From the human T2T-CHM13v2.0 reference genome, Homo sapiens: DNA of 64,000 bases. Below the pieces are notes generated by a model that saw only the letters and a list, made by a program, of their open reading frames with translations, searched no databases and had not been told where the DNA came from. The position numbers were made by a program, and so were the translations under genes. Every line of letters starts with the position of its first letter. The stretch's first letter is position 1. This document shows, in pieces, positions 62,754-64,000 of this stretch. The DNA is taken from assembly GCF_009914755.1 (NCBI RefSeq), contig NC_060928.1; one strand, given 5' to 3'.

Positions 62754-63759
62754 GTGTTCTTTCCTAGGTGAACCTCCTTTGGCTTCTGGCTGAAGCTGTG
62801 GGTGCTGTCACCTGCTCCCCCACACTAACTTGGCAGAATGGTGGGTGCAGTTTCTGCAGGTTTGTATTCTCCCCTAGCTTCACTCTTCTGCCTTCTATTT
62901 AGATTCCTCTGGTAGCTGATTTCCTAGCCTGCTCTCTCCTGATTAAATCTTCCAGGATTCTCACATCTATTTGCTCCTCTGCTCTTGTTCTCATGGAACA
63001 CTGGCTTTCTGAAAAGCTCACATAGGACTTCACTCCAGGCCTCACATATCCATGAAACAAATTTTTGTGTGGGAGGTTCCTGTGGTCTTTTACAAACATG
63101 TAAAATATGAAAACCCTATATGGTGATTTCTTTTCCTGTTTAACTTGCTCTTCTTTATCTGAGGTTATCCCTCCATCTCAACTCATGGTTTACTTACTGA
63201 CCCAATGTCTTTCCTCCCATTTTAGAACAAAAATAATTATAGGTTTGAGATAGGTATCAGGTTTTTCTGTAATAAAGAGAAGGAATCATTTGTTGCTAAC
63301 TAATCCCAGTGAGAATTTGGGGGGACGGGGAAGGAAAGCTTCTCAGGAAACTAAAGAGCCTGGTGAAATTAGAAAGGAATCACTTCCTACCCTTAGTGTC
63401 AGGGATTTAACAGGAATTATCTCTTCTTTCCTTTTCTCCCTTATAGACAATTGCTGTGAGGATAAGAAAAAGGCTGCTTTTATGCATGAGCTTAAGTCTG
63501 GATTAAGGAATGAATCACAACTGCTATTTTCTAGAGCCTCTTGTCACTGGGAAAGGCCAGGTCATACCATTTGGCTTCTATTTTATTAATCAATGAACAG
63601 CTTAAGAAAGTAGCACAACTTGCAGCTCAGATTGGCACTTTGTCTTCATTTTTCCCCCTTATTAAACAATATCCTTGTTGAGCCACCTGTAATTTCAGAA
63701 TTTACTCATGTATATGTATTCATTCAACAACATTCAACAGCAAACACATTGTTGAGTAC

Positions 63760-64000
63760 TATGGTGACTGAGTTCGTGAATTAGTGGTCTTAATTCTTCA
63801 CTCCCCTGTAGTATAATGTACATTCTCATTCTTTTCATGGCTTCATGGTCAGAGGAGTGTACTTTTATGCCCCTTGTCTTTAGACTTGTCCATGGGTCTT
63901 TTTTTAATGATGGGATATAGCATACATGCTTTAAGTAAGGCCTTGAATTGTCCTTGTTCTTTTCTCATTGCCATGACAAGAATAGCTGCTATCCCCTTAT
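63760..64000 (+). mobile_element. MLT1 (G/H-like) LTR, cut by the window end
   Basis: AATTCTTCACTCCCCTGTA..GAGGAGTGTACTT..CCCCTTG..TTGCCATGACAAGAA. Confidence 0.55.

Overview
Primate (most likely human or other ape) non-coding DNA: AT-rich, CpG-poor and dominated by interspersed repeats. I find no supportable protein-coding exon, RNA gene or CRISPR array; the ORF track is explained by repeats, low-complexity sequence or chance. Main content: a solo LTR12C with intact 4-bp TSD and CCAAT array (12803-14055); an old MLT1 MaLR LTR-int-LTR provirus (~9690-12210); two near full-length antisense L1M elements (~29955-37466, ~40668-48045); a four-level nest MIR>Tigger1>L1MA2>AluY; a complete THE1 provirus inside a decayed ERVL/LTR16 provirus; and many Alu, MIR, L2, L3, MER and MLT fragments. 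The most notable observation is in apparently unique sequence at ~23376-24700 (+), possibly from ~22230 to ~24950. Manual translation shows collinear endonuclease, linker and reverse-transcriptase motifs of an ancient CR1-clade LINE, with long same-frame stretches and retained CpGs, making it a candidate conserved or exapted element. Repeat subfamily names come from recalled consensus sequences, not a database search, and many boundaries are approximate.
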